From contig BTVV01000055.1 in the NCBI GenBank assembly GCA_045863855.1, positions 1 through 37,794 of the forward strand: a DNA stretch of 37,794 bases, written 5' to 3'. Below are positions 17,680-27,267 of this stretch, one piece after another; position 1 is the stretch's first letter; every line of letters starts with the position of its first letter. The notes beneath the pieces were generated by a model. That model was not told the origin of the DNA. It saw only the letters and a program-made list of their open reading frames with translations, and did no database searches. This DNA is from Planctomycetota bacterium (lineage in GTDB: Bacteria > Planctomycetota > SZUA-567 > H5-PLA8). Both the position numbers and the translations under genes were made by a program.

Positions 17680-18928
17680 AGCGGCCGTTGATGCGCGCGA
17701 TCTCGGTTTTGCAGAACTCGTAGAGCGTGCGCTCGAGGTCGTTCGCGGGCTTGTATTCCTCTAGGAATGCGGCGAGGTGGCGGCGGCCGGTCATGCGCGC
17801 GTTGAGGTCGCCGCGGACGCTGTAGCAGAGGCCCACGTGGGCGGCGGCCTCGAAATCCTTCTTGTCTTTGCTGGCGTTGAGCACGCGCTTGTAGGACTCG
17901 GCGGCGCGGTCGTAGTACTGCAGCGCTTTGGCGCTGTTTTGATTGAGCGTCTGGATTTCCTTGCCGACGCGGAGCACTTCGGGGTTGTTGGCGTCGAAGC
18001 GGCGGATGGGCACGCCGCGCGACGTGCGCGTGATCCGCGTGGCGTTCTTGACGGCGTTTTTCCATTCGGCGCCGAGTTTATCGTATTGCGGCATCAGTTC
18101 GTCTTTGAGCTGCTGCGCGCGCGTGAAGTACGCTTGGCCCAGCTTGCGCAGCAGTTCGGGGTCGGTGCTGCCGACGCCGGCGGCGGCCAGAATCTTGATC
18201 GCGTCCTCGTGCTTACCCTGAGCCAGCAGCGTCGAACCCTGCTCGAGAGGCGAACCCGGCGGGGGCGGGGCGGGGGCCTTGGCGCCGGTGCCGATGGGAT
18301 CCCCGTCGATCGGATCGCCGGCCTTGGCCTTCTGCTTCTGGGCGTAACGAAGCTGCGCTTCGCGGGCGAAGGCGAGCGCCTTAAGCGAATAATCCGTCCC
18401 GCCGGCCTGTTCGGCGACCTGGAACCAGCGCAAGGCGATGGCGTAATCGTCGTTGGTGTTGCTCTGCGCGTAACGCTGGGCGGCCTCGAATTTGGTTTTG
18501 GCGTCGGCCAGCTTTTCGGCATCGGGTCCGCCACCGGGCATCGCCGGCGCGGCCTCTTCGGGCGGATCGGGCTTTTTGGGCGGCGTGGCGGGGGTCGCGG
18601 AAGCGACGCCTGCCGGCTTGGCCCCCCGCTCCTTGCGAATCTGGTCGATGATCTCGATGGTGGCGAACTTACGCGCCCAGTACAGCGCCGAGTTGCATTC
18701 CTGGGCCAGTTCGCTTTCGGACTGCCCGGACGAATCGAGGGCGTCGAGCGCGCGCTCGAGCTTGACCACGCATTCGGCGTATTCCTTGGGGTCGAGCGAA
18801 AGCGCGCTGCCCTTCTTGAGTACCGAAAGCGCTTCGTTTTTGAGCGTCTCGGCCTCACTGGCCGCCCACGCGCTGACCCCGGCCAAGGCGAACGCCGCGA
18901 TTCCCAACCACCCCATGTGCTTCCGCAT
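17678..18928 (-). CDS. Secreted alpha-helical / TPR-like protein
   Basis: Signal peptide; TPR-like helices (LLRKLGQAYF, ALQYYDRAAESY, AAHVGLCYS); RBS ggaagg. Confidence 0.75.
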   Translation of the reverse strand: MRKHMGWLGIAAFALAGVSAWAASEAETLKNEALSVLKKGSALSLDPKEYAECVVKLERALDALDSSGQSESELAQECNSALYWARKFATIEIIDQIRKERGAKPAGVASATPATPPKKPDPPEEAAPAMPGGGPDAEKLADAKTKFEAAQRYAQSNTNDDYAIALRWFQVAEQAGGTDYSLKALAFAREAQLRYAQKQKAKAGDPIDGDPIGTGAKAPAPPPPGSPLEQGSTLLAQGKHEDAIKILAAAGVGSTDPELLRKLGQAYFTRAQQLKDELMPQYDKLGAEWKNAVKNATRITRTSRGVPIRRFDANNPEVLRVGKEIQTLNQNSAKALQYYDRAAESYKRVLNASKDKKDFEAAAHVGLCYSVRGDLNARMTGRRHLAAFLEEYKPANDLERTLYEFCKTEIARINGR

Positions 18929-19154
18929 GATCGCTCGGCTTCCTTCCTTTCAGGCCCGCACCCTGACGGCACACCGGTACAGGTTATGACGCAAGAACCG
19001 GCCACCGACCTGCACTTTCGGCGCAAACTGTTTATTTTCAAATAGTTACAACTTTACGACGGGACGCCTCCGCGCATTCTGTGGATTAGACGGCTCAACG
19101 ATCTTAAGGATGCGCCGCTCTTGTGCATTTTTTACAATCGAGCCGCCGCGCAGG

Positions 19155-19589
19155 TCAATCGGCAGGGCGTCCGCGCCACTGTTTGACTTGGCTACGGTGC
19201 TTTTTGGATTCGAGGCGGCGTTCTTTGCTGCCACGGCTGGGCTTGGTGGCGCGGCGAACTTTGGGGCGCTTAATCGCCCCGCGCAAAAGCGCTTCCATGC
19301 GCGCGAGCGCCGCGGCGACGTTGCGCGCCTGCTCGCGGTGTTCGCTGCTGACGACCTGCAACTGCCCCTCGGCGTCGATGCGCGGGGCTAGCTGCTCGCG
19401 AATTCGCTCGAGTTCTTCCGCCGAGAAGTGCGCGGCGGCCGCAGCCAAGTCAAGGCGCAGGTCGGCTTTGCTCGATACTTTATTGACGTTCTGCCCGCCG
19501 GGTCCGCCGGAGCGGGCGAAGCGGATGGAGAGCCATCGAGCGGGCAGCACGCGGCTGCCGGAAAGTTGGAGGTCGCGCAGGTCGGCCAT
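19155..19589 (-). CDS. arfB: Alternative ribosome rescue peptidyl-tRNA hydrolase ArfB (YaeJ)
   Basis: ARSGGPGGQNVNKV, REQARN, basic tail RRATKPSRGSKERRLESKK. Confidence 0.95.
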   Translation of the reverse strand: MADLRDLQLSGSRVLPARWLSIRFARSGGPGGQNVNKVSSKADLRLDLAAAAAHFSAEELERIREQLAPRIDAEGQLQVVSSEHREQARNVAAALARMEALLRGAIKRPKVRRATKPSRGSKERRLESKKHRSQVKQWRGRPAD

Positions 19590-19621
19590 GGGGGGACAGT
19601 ACCTGACGGGGGCGGAAAAGG

Positions 19622-19725
19622 GCAAACTGCAAACGGTAAGAACCAAACAATCTGCAAACGGCAAAGAGCAAACCGGGCTACGGCAGGACAGGGCTACGGC
19701 TGCGGGCGGGACGTCCGCGATACCC
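19622..19725. repeat. Degenerate GCAAACN heptamer run followed by a family-B REP hairpin
   Basis: gcaaact gcaaacg ... gcaaacg gcaaaga gcaaacc; then tgcgggcgggacgtccgcgataccc. Confidence 0.6.
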
Positions 19726-19740
19726 ACGGCGAACGGGGGA

Positions 19741-21528
19741 TCAGGTGCCGAGTTCTTCCTGAATCTCGAGCCAGCGGGCTTCGGAGGTGTCGAGGATGCC
19801 CGAGGCTTTTTCGAGTTCGGCTTGGAGGGTAAGCATTTCCTTGGAGTCGGTAATTTCCTGAAGCTGGGCTTCGATCTCTTTCTTGCGCGCGCCGTACTTC
19901 TCGATTTTTCGCTCCAAGGAGCGGGATTCGTTGCGCAGTTCGAACTCGCGGCGGTTGCGGGCGGTCCGTTCTTCTTTGGTTTCCTGGGCGCGCGCGGGTC
20001 CGGGCTTGCCTTTGCCGCCCTGGTTGCGCTCGCGCTCGCCGGCTTCGACTTCCTGCTCGATGCGATACAGGTACGAATCGTACGCGCCGGGGTAGTTGAT
20101 GACGCGGCTGTCGCGGACTTCGATCACCGAAGTGGCGACGCGCTCGACGAAGTGGCGGTCGTGGCTGGTGAAGATGAGCGTGCCTTTGTAGGTCAAGAGC
20201 GCCTGTGCGAAGGCCTCGACGGTCTCGACGTCCAGGTGGTTGCCGGGTTCGTCGAGGACCAGGACGTTGAAGCGTCCCAGCAGCAGCCCGGCGAGGCAGG
20301 CGCGGGCGCGTTCGCCGCCGCTGAGGACACGCACGGGCTTCTTGATGTCGGTGCCGCGGAAAAGGAAGCCGCCGGCCACGTTGAGGACTTCTTGAAGCGT
20401 GCATTCGCCGGCGGTGCAGGCGAGGAGGTACTCTTCGACGGTCTGGTCTTCGGGCAGCGAGGTGTAGACGTGCTGGGCGTAGACGCCGACGTCGCAGCCG
20501 TGGCCCCATTTGACGTTGCCCGAGAGCGGCGGGAGCGAGCCGACGACGGTGCGCAGGAAGGTGGTCTTGCCCTGCCCGTTGTCGCCGACAATGACGGCGC
20601 GCTGTCCGTGTTCGATGTCGAGCGTGATTTCCTGGGCGATGATGCGGCCGGGATAGCCCATGGCGAGGTTGTGGCAGCGCAGAGCATTGCCGTAGCGCGG
20701 TTCGACGCGCGGGACGCGGATGCGCGCGGTGGCTTCGTCGGCGTCGATCTCGATCAGTTCGAGTCGTTCGAGCTGTTTGGCTTTGCTGCGGGCCTGGCTG
20801 GCGGTGTTGGCGCCGGCGCGGTTCTTGGCGATGAAGCGTTCGAGCTGGCGGCGTTTGGACTGGGTCGCGGCGTTGGTCCGTTCGTCCTGGGCGCGTCGTT
20901 CGGCCTCGTAGGCGAGAAAGGCATCGACCTTGCCGGGGTAAAGGGTCAGTTCGCCGCGCGAAAGGGAGAGCGTATCGTCGCAGGTATCGTTCAAGAAGGT
21001 ACGGTCGTGGCTGACGATCAGCGCACCGCCTTTGAAGCTCTTGAGAAAGTGCTCCAGGAGGATCTGCGTGCGCAGGTCGAGGAAGTTGGTCGGTTCGTCG
21101 AGAACGAGCAAGTTGGGATCGTGGAGCAGCAGGGCGGCGAGCTTGACGCGGGTCTGCCAGCCCCCGGAAAGCGCGCGGACGGGCCCGTTGAGGTACTCGT
21201 TTTTGATCTCGAAACGGCCGGCGACTTCGCCGCACTTCCATTCGGGTTGCTCGCTGTCGCGGACCAGGAACTGGAGGACGGTTTCGCCTTCCAGAAACGG
21301 ATCGTGCTGGCGCAAGTAGCCCAAGCGTAATTGCGGGCTGCGGACGACGATGCCGGAGTCGATCTCTTCCTCGCCGAGCAGGACGCGGCAGAGCGTGGAC
21401 TTGCCCGCGCCGTTGCGGCCGATGAGGCCCACTTTACGGTCGTCGGTGAGCGCACAGGACGCGTGATCGATGAGCACGCGTTCGCCGTAGCACTTCAAAC
21501 CTTCCTGAAGCTGGAGCAAAATGGCCAT
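19741..21528 (-). CDS. ABC-F family ribosome-associated ATPase
   Basis: Two NBDs (GRNGAGKST/LSGGW/LDEPTN; GDNGQGKTT/LSGGE/LDEPGN), PtIM-like linker, C-terminal coiled coil, no TMs. Confidence 0.95.
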   Translation of the reverse strand: MAILLQLQEGLKCYGERVLIDHASCALTDDRKVGLIGRNGAGKSTLCRVLLGEEEIDSGIVVRSPQLRLGYLRQHDPFLEGETVLQFLVRDSEQPEWKCGEVAGRFEIKNEYLNGPVRALSGGWQTRVKLAALLLHDPNLLVLDEPTNFLDLRTQILLEHFLKSFKGGALIVSHDRTFLNDTCDDTLSLSRGELTLYPGKVDAFLAYEAERRAQDERTNAATQSKRRQLERFIAKNRAGANTASQARSKAKQLERLELIEIDADEATARIRVPRVEPRYGNALRCHNLAMGYPGRIIAQEITLDIEHGQRAVIVGDNGQGKTTFLRTVVGSLPPLSGNVKWGHGCDVGVYAQHVYTSLPEDQTVEEYLLACTAGECTLQEVLNVAGGFLFRGTDIKKPVRVLSGGERARACLAGLLLGRFNVLVLDEPGNHLDVETVEAFAQALLTYKGTLIFTSHDRHFVERVATSVIEVRDSRVINYPGAYDSYLYRIEQEVEAGERERNQGGKGKPGPARAQETKEERTARNRREFELRNESRSLERKIEKYGARKKEIEAQLQEITDSKEMLTLQAELEKASGILDTSEARWLEIQEELGT

Positions 21529-21561
21529 GATGGATGAATCGTCGCTGGGTGGGGTGGGGGT

Positions 21562-21648
21562 TCAGGCCCGCGCGCGCGCGGCGGCGGACTCGCGCCGGCT
21601 GCGCTCGAAGGCGTCGCTTGGGTTCTGCGGCTGGCACTTCTTCTTCAT
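21562..21648 (-). CDS. Putative 28-aa leader peptide upstream of the ABC-F gene
   Basis: MKKKCQPQNPSDAFERSRRESAAARARA*; SD gggag; -10 TATAGT at 21681-21686. Confidence 0.45.
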   Translation of the reverse strand: MKKKCQPQNPSDAFERSRRESAAARARA

Positions 21649-21688
21649 CGGTCCGGCTCCCGCGTGACGTACGTTGGGACACTATACC

Positions 21689-21719
21689 GGAAGGGGGCCC
21701 GAAAAGCAGGCCCCCTTTC
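21689..21719 (-). terminator. GC hairpin after the Gfo/Idh/MocA gene
   Basis: ggaagggggcc...ggccccctttc inverted repeat; no U tail. Confidence 0.5.
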
Positions 21720-21731
21720 GGCAGGTTACGA

Positions 21732-22727
21732 TTACTGCTTCACCTTCACGGGCTTCTTCTTCTTCGCCGAGACGTAAGCGGCTTCGGTGAGGCGCGAGAC
21801 TTCGAGCGCGTACATGGGCGGCTCGTACCCGGCCTTGCCCTGAATCCAGCCGATAAAGGAGCTGTCGGGCGTCTGCGGCTTGTAGCTTGCGGGCAGCTTG
21901 AGCGGCTCTTCGTTGATCAAGACGGGCTTGAGCGCCCACTGATGCTGGTGAATGACGATCGAACCGGCGCTGGTGTGAATGGCCAGACGTTCGTCGTGGC
22001 GCACGGCGTTGCCGATGGTGTTTAAGGAGATGAGCGCGCCGTTGTGGCAGCGCACGGCGGCGACGGTATTGATGTCGACGAAGCGGCCGTGGAAATCGAC
22101 CAGCGCGCTGACTTCCTTCGCCTTAAGCCCGGTGAGGAAGAGCGTCGCGGCGACGAGGTGGCTGCCGGTGTCCATGAACATCCCGCCGCCGGACTGTACC
22201 GGATCGAGGCGCCAGACCCGCCGCGGGTTGCCCTTGCCGATGCCGCCCCAGCCTTGCGTGACGTAGGCGACGACGGCGCGGACTTCGCCGAACTTGCCCG
22301 ACGCGAGCAGGTCGCGGATGTAGCGGAATTCGGGGACGTGGTGGCGCTGGTAGCTGACGTGCAGAATAAGCTTCTTGCGCTTGGCGAGCGCGAGCAGGCT
22401 TTTGGCGTGCGCGCTGGTGATGGTGAGCGGCTTTTCGACGAGGACGTGCAGACCGGCGTCGAGCGCGGCTTTGATCTGCGCATAATGCTGGTTGTGCGGC
22501 GTGCTGATCAGGACGGCATCGAGTTCGGCCTTGCGGATCATGGCGCGAAAATCTTCGTAGATCGGGAGCGGCTGGCCCCACTTTTCGATGGCTTGCTCGG
22601 CGTTGGGCCGGAAGGCGTCGCAGAGCGCCGCCAGCTCCCCGCCGGGCGTATTCTTAATGCGTGGAATGTGCGCTCCGCGCATGTTGCCGCCGCAACCGAT
22701 CAGTCCGATTCGTACACGCTTCGCCAT
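21732..22727 (-). CDS. Gfo/Idh/MocA family oxidoreductase
   Basis: IGLIGCGG, ISTPHNQH, HVLVEKPL, GGGMFMDTGSH. Confidence 0.92.
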   Translation of the reverse strand: MAKRVRIGLIGCGGNMRGAHIPRIKNTPGGELAALCDAFRPNAEQAIEKWGQPLPIYEDFRAMIRKAELDAVLISTPHNQHYAQIKAALDAGLHVLVEKPLTITSAHAKSLLALAKRKKLILHVSYQRHHVPEFRYIRDLLASGKFGEVRAVVAYVTQGWGGIGKGNPRRVWRLDPVQSGGGMFMDTGSHLVAATLFLTGLKAKEVSALVDFHGRFVDINTVAAVRCHNGALISLNTIGNAVRHDERLAIHTSAGSIVIHQHQWALKPVLINEEPLKLPASYKPQTPDSSFIGWIQGKAGYEPPMYALEVSRLTEAAYVSAKKKKPVKVKQ

Positions 22728-22850
22728 GAGGTATGCCGCTCCTGAGCCCCGAAAAAGCAAATCACGCTGAGTGCACCGATTAATTTAGCGTGGCCGAATG
22801 ACGGGCATAGCTCCTTTTCGCCTGCTGGGCGGCGCGTACAATCGGCGGCG

Positions 22851-23498
22851 ATGAGCGATCCCGCGGCCTCGGCCGTTCCGGACTTTGCCCGCGCTTCGTG
22901 GGGCGAACGCGCGTGCGCGGCGCTGCTGCTGGGCGCCGCCCTGGGCGGCTGGTACGCGCTGGTGCGGATCTACGTCCCGTCGGTTCGGCCGCTCTTCGAG
23001 TCCCTGAAGGTGGATCTGCCCGCGCCGACGAAACTGACGCTGGCCCTCGCCACAACGGAATTGTGGGTGGCTGGGGCGCTGGCCGGCCTGGTGCTCGCAG
23101 CGATCTGCTGGCGCACGCGCCGCGCGTGGCCGCTCTGGCTGCTGGGCGGAGGTTTGCTGCTGGCCGGCGCGCTGGCCTACGCGTCGCTCGAAGTGACGCG
23201 GGGCAAGATTCTAGAAGCGCTGAAGCGGCAGGAGGAGCGCGGAGCGGCCGGGCCGAGGCTCGAGAGCGAGCGCGAAGGCGTTCAGCTCAGGCGCGCGGCT
23301 GCAAACGCGCCGAGCGCTTCGCGGCCTTTTTCGGTGAGCGTAAAGTTCCCGCGCAGCGGATCGGCGAAGCAGGCGGCTCCGAACGAACCGATGACGTTGG
23401 ATTCCATGCGCACGGTTTCGTCGGCGCCCAGCGAACCGGAGAGGATGTTTTCGCGGAAGCGCGCGCCGTCGTTCCCGGCGAGAAAGCGCACGGCGTAG
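22851..23498 (+). CDS. Small membrane protein with a GspF/PilC-like loop; 3' end overlaps the opposite gene
   Basis: 3 TMs; PLFESLKVDLPAPTKLTL resembles the T2SS-F periplasmic loop; TACAAT-N8-ATG. Confidence 0.55.
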   Translation: MSDPAASAVPDFARASWGERACAALLLGAALGGWYALVRIYVPSVRPLFESLKVDLPAPTKLTLALATTELWVAGALAGLVLAAICWRTRRAWPLWLLGGGLLLAGALAYASLEVTRGKILEALKRQEERGAAGPRLESEREGVQLRRAAANAPSASRPFSVSVKFPRSGSAKQAAPNEPMTLDSMRTVSSAPSEPERMFSRKRAPSFPARKRTA

Positions 23499-24448
23499 TA
23501 CCGGTTCGCGCCGGTATCGACGATCGTGTTGCCGCGCACGTCGATATCCCGGGTGGTGCAGCACTCGATGGCGGTGTTGGACCCCAAGGCGAAGCGGTTG
23601 CCGCGGATCGCACCGCCTGCGACGCTGACGGTTTTCTGCGAGAAATTTCCGTATGAAATACCGCGGTCGCAGCCCACAAACAGGTTGCGTTCGCAGAGCA
23701 CGCCGGTCGAGCCCTGCCAGACGAAGATGCCCGCGCGACCGCCGCCGTTTGCGCCGCGGATGCCGATGAAGGCGTTGTCCGAGAAGACCCAATCTTTAAG
23801 GCCCATGCAATCAATGCCGGAGATGTAATCGCCGTCGAAGCCGTCCTGGCGGTCGTCTTTCACGCGGTCGCAGAGAAAAAGACAATGGCGCACGCGCCCG
23901 TTGCGCGGGCGGATTTCTTCCACTTTTTCGGGCGTATAATTCTTCTCGCCGAGTTCGCGGTCGTCGGGGCGCATGGGATGCGTGCCCTTCAGGCCGCGGA
24001 CCCAGATGTTGTGAAACTTCACGTCATGCAGCGTGAGCCCGTGCACGCCGCTGTCGCCGTAAAACAGCACGGCGTACTTGGGGCTGTTCTTGAAGGTCAC
24101 GCCGGCAATCGTGACGCCGCAGGCGCGCTTGAGGCGCAGGATCGCCGGCGCGTGGTTCCAGTCGCCTTCGCCGCGGGTCAGGTTGCCGCCTTCGCCGTCG
24201 ATCACCACGGCGTCGCGTTTGCCGCTGGCCGAACGAATCTGGACATCGCTGGCCGTAAGCTGCACCGCATGGGGCATGCGGTAATGGCCGTCCTCGAGCA
24301 AGAGCGTGCTGTGCGGCTCGGCGCGTTCGACGGCGGCGCAGAAGGCCTCGGCGTCCCGGATGCGCACGACTTTTCCGGCGGGCGCGGGCAGCGCCGGCGC
24401 GGCGGGCATCATGGCCAGGATTGCGGCTACGTCGAAATCGGCGCTCAT
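23282..24448 (-). CDS. Right-handed parallel beta-helix (pectin-lyase fold) protein
   Basis: AVERAEPHSTLLLEDGHY, VVIDG, repeated Asn ladders (DNAF, RNLF, GNRF, GNTI, ENIL). Confidence 0.8.
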   Translation of the reverse strand: MSADFDVAAILAMMPAAPALPAPAGKVVRIRDAEAFCAAVERAEPHSTLLLEDGHYRMPHAVQLTASDVQIRSASGKRDAVVIDGEGGNLTRGEGDWNHAPAILRLKRACGVTIAGVTFKNSPKYAVLFYGDSGVHGLTLHDVKFHNIWVRGLKGTHPMRPDDRELGEKNYTPEKVEEIRPRNGRVRHCLFLCDRVKDDRQDGFDGDYISGIDCMGLKDWVFSDNAFIGIRGANGGGRAGIFVWQGSTGVLCERNLFVGCDRGISYGNFSQKTVSVAGGAIRGNRFALGSNTAIECCTTRDIDVRGNTIVDTGANRYYAVRFLAGNDGARFRENILSGSLGADETVRMESNVIGSFGAACFADPLRGNFTLTEKGREALGAFAAARLS

Positions 24449-24479
24449 GCGGGCCCCTTTAATAGGCGAGCGTTCGATG

Positions 24480-25367
24480 CTACCGCGCGGGCGGCGCCTG
24501 AAAAGCGGAGCCGCGCGAAGCGCCGGGCGGCCGTCCGAAGCGCTGGCGGTAGCAGCGCACGAAGTAGTTGGCGCCGCTGAAGCCGCAACGCGCGGCGATC
24601 TGGGCGACGGTGAGGCGCGGATCGGCCAGCCACTCTTGGGCGCGGCCCAGCCGCACGCCGCGGACATACGCATTGAACGAACAGCCTCCGAAACGATGCG
24701 CGAGGCGGGAAACGTGGTTGGGATGGATGTCGAGCGCGCGGGCGAGCGTTTCGCGGTCGAGAGGGGATTCGAGGTGTTCGTCGATGTACTGGCAGGCTGC
24801 GCGCCAGGTGAACAGCGCTTTGCCGCGGCGGCTGGGCTCGGCTTGCGCCAGCTTCTCGCGCGCGTGCAGCAACAGGGCTTCGAGGAGATCGCGGGCGTAA
24901 ACGGCCGCCGGTTCGGGATGCGGATGGCGTTCGAGCAGCAGCCCGAGCGCGCGGCCCTGGGCGTCCCAAGCGGCGGCGGCGTGGTGCTGCGCGGCGATGG
25001 ACGGTTCCGCCGCCTTTTTTCGAACGGCCGCGGCGGTGCGCCGGACCAGGATGAAGCGCGTGAAGTCGGGATAAAAGACGACGCCCACCGACTCGTACGG
25101 GCGTTCGTAATGCCGGCTGAGCCAGACCTTGGGAGGAATGTAAAATCCTTCGCCGGGCCGAACGCGCTGGACGAAGGTGCGCCCGCCGGCATGCGTGGTA
25201 AACGCGCGCTGCCCGCGCAACACGAAGATCAGGCGCGGAACGTCCATGCGCGAAACCGGATCGGCGCGCTCGAGGGGCTGCGTCTGGCGGACGACGTACG
25301 CGGCTTCGACCAGCGCACCGGAAGCGGGCGGCGTCAGGGCGGCGCGAATCGCGTCTCGAGCGTGCAT
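24480..25367 (-). CDS. AraC family transcriptional regulator
   Basis: LARALDIHPNHVSR...IAARCGFSGANYFVRCYRQRFGRPPG. Confidence 0.92.
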   Translation of the reverse strand: MHARDAIRAALTPPASGALVEAAYVVRQTQPLERADPVSRMDVPRLIFVLRGQRAFTTHAGGRTFVQRVRPGEGFYIPPKVWLSRHYERPYESVGVVFYPDFTRFILVRRTAAAVRKKAAEPSIAAQHHAAAAWDAQGRALGLLLERHPHPEPAAVYARDLLEALLLHAREKLAQAEPSRRGKALFTWRAACQYIDEHLESPLDRETLARALDIHPNHVSRLAHRFGGCSFNAYVRGVRLGRAQEWLADPRLTVAQIAARCGFSGANYFVRCYRQRFGRPPGASRGSAFQAPPAR

Positions 25368-25489
25368 GCGTGGAGGTTACGTTTGTACCGCGGGCTTGGC
25401 AAGAAGGTGTAATCGGCGGCGGCGCGAAATCGATCTCGACGGGAACGGCGGCGCGCGTAAGTTCGGAGCTTCGAAACCGGAGATCGGAC

Positions 25490-26170
25490 ATGCGGGCGTT
25501 GCATGAAACGCTGAAGCAGAAGGCCGCCGGGGGACTCTTCGCGAGCTTCGGCAGCAGCAACACGGAAAAGTTCTGGCACAACCAGGGGCGCTTTTCGTGG
25601 TGCTGCTGGGTCGAGTGCGCGCTGCGCGGGGCGTTCGGGCGGACGCTGCGAACGATCAACCTGGGCATTTCGGGCGACACGAGCACCGATCTCGCCGCGC
25701 GTTACGCGCGCGACGCCGAACCGCTGCGGCCCGCGGCGATGCTGGTGACCGTCGGCGGGAACGATTTCATGCGCGGCAATCTGGAGACCCTCGAGCGCAA
25801 CCTCGACGAGATCGCCTCACGCAACCGCGCGCTGGGCTGCATGACGATCTTCAACGCCTACTACGCTCCGATGCTCGACGAGATCCAGCAGCGCCGTTTC
25901 GCGGAGTTCATGGCCGCCAACGAGCGCGCGGCGGCGCGTAACGGAACGCTGTTGGTGAACCGCTACCCGCGCTTCCGCGCGTGGTGGGAGGCCGAGCCCA
26001 AGGCGTACGCCAAGCTGATGCTCGACGGCTTCCACCTCAATCCGTTCGGGCACGCGGTCTTCGGCGCGGAGGTGATCCGCGGCTTGGAGCTGCCGCCGCC
26101 GCAGCTTCCCGACGATCTGCACGAGCCGGTGGCCGCCGCGCTGGCGCGGCTGGAGGCTTGCGGAAAGTAG
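25490..26170 (+). CDS. SGNH/GDSL hydrolase
   Basis: FGSSNT, NLGISGD, GGND, DGFHLN. Confidence 0.88.
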   Translation: MRALHETLKQKAAGGLFASFGSSNTEKFWHNQGRFSWCCWVECALRGAFGRTLRTINLGISGDTSTDLAARYARDAEPLRPAAMLVTVGGNDFMRGNLETLERNLDEIASRNRALGCMTIFNAYYAPMLDEIQQRRFAEFMAANERAAARNGTLLVNRYPRFRAWWEAEPKAYAKLMLDGFHLNPFGHAVFGAEVIRGLELPPPQLPDDLHEPVAAALARLEACGK

Positions 26171-26234
26171 GGAATAGCGGTCTGCCTTTTCGCGCGCGAA
26201 GCTACTTGCTTCAGGCGGGCATGGAGGATTGCGA

Positions 26235-27254
26235 GTGCGCTTGATCGTCACCGGAGGCGCGGGATTCATCGGGTCGAGCTTCGTGCGGCTGGCGCTGGCC
26301 GAAGGCCATGCCGTCACGGTGCTCGACGCGCTGACTTACTGCGGCAACCTCGCCAACCTCGATGCGGTCAAGGATCACGCGGCTTACCGCTTCGTAAAGG
26401 GCGAGATCGGCGATAAGGCGCTCTGGCCGAAGCTGCTCGCCGAACCCTGCGACGCGGTGGTGAACTTCGCCGCGGAATCGCACGTCGACCGCAGCATCCT
26501 GGATGCGTCGCCGTTCGTGCTCACGAACGTCGTCGGCACGCAGGTGATCCTCGATGCCTTGCGCGCGGTGCATGCGGCGCAGCCCCAGCGCGCGCTGCGC
26601 TTCCTGCAAGTCAGCACCGACGAAGTTTACGGCAGCGCCGACGACGGAAAGCCGTTCACCGAGCAGACGCCGTTGAAGCCCAACAGCCCGTACGCGGCGA
26701 GCAAGTCCGCCGCCGATCTGCTGGTCCGCGCGTACCACCACACCTTCGGGCTCGATACGGTCATCACGCGCTGCAGCAACAATTACGGGCCGTACCAGTT
26801 CCCCGAAAAGCTGATCCCGCTTTTCACGACCAACCTGTTCGAAGGCAAGCCCGTGCCCGTGTACGGCGACGGGAAACAGATTCGCGACTGGATCCACTGC
26901 GACGATCATAGCCGCGGCGTCCTGGCGGCCTTGGTCCGCGGGAAAAGCGGCGAGGTCTATAACCTCGGCGGCGGAAACGCCTGCGAGAATCTGCGCATCA
27001 CGCGCCTGTTGCTCCACTACACCGGCCGCGACGATACGTTCATCCGCTACGTTCAGGACCGCCCGGGGCACGATCGCGTGTACCTGATCGACCACACCAA
27101 GGCCACTCGGGAACTGGGCTGGAGTCCGCGTGTCGCGTTCGACACCGGCTTGGCCGAAACGGTGGCGTGGTACCGCGCGCACGAATCGTGGTGGCGCGAG
27201 ATCAAGAGCGGCGCATATCTCACGTATTACGAACGCCAGTACGGGGCGCGGTAA
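26235..27254 (+). CDS. rfbB: dTDP-glucose 4,6-dehydratase
   Basis: TGGAGFIGS, AAESHVDRSI, STDEVYG, YAASK, DRPGHD; ggagg then GTG26235. Confidence 0.95.
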   Translation: MRLIVTGGAGFIGSSFVRLALAEGHAVTVLDALTYCGNLANLDAVKDHAAYRFVKGEIGDKALWPKLLAEPCDAVVNFAAESHVDRSILDASPFVLTNVVGTQVILDALRAVHAAQPQRALRFLQVSTDEVYGSADDGKPFTEQTPLKPNSPYAASKSAADLLVRAYHHTFGLDTVITRCSNNYGPYQFPEKLIPLFTTNLFEGKPVPVYGDGKQIRDWIHCDDHSRGVLAALVRGKSGEVYNLGGGNACENLRITRLLLHYTGRDDTFIRYVQDRPGHDRVYLIDHTKATRELGWSPRVAFDTGLAETVAWYRAHESWWREIKSGAYLTYYERQYGAR

Positions 27255-27267
27255 GCGGCGCCGGCGG

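Noticed and set aside
19123..21330. 735-aa + strand ORF and other long antisense ORFs (e.g. 31656-33620, 6980-8767, 35346-36764)
   Set aside because: Shadow frames of well-supported genes in high-GC DNA, with no recognisable motifs
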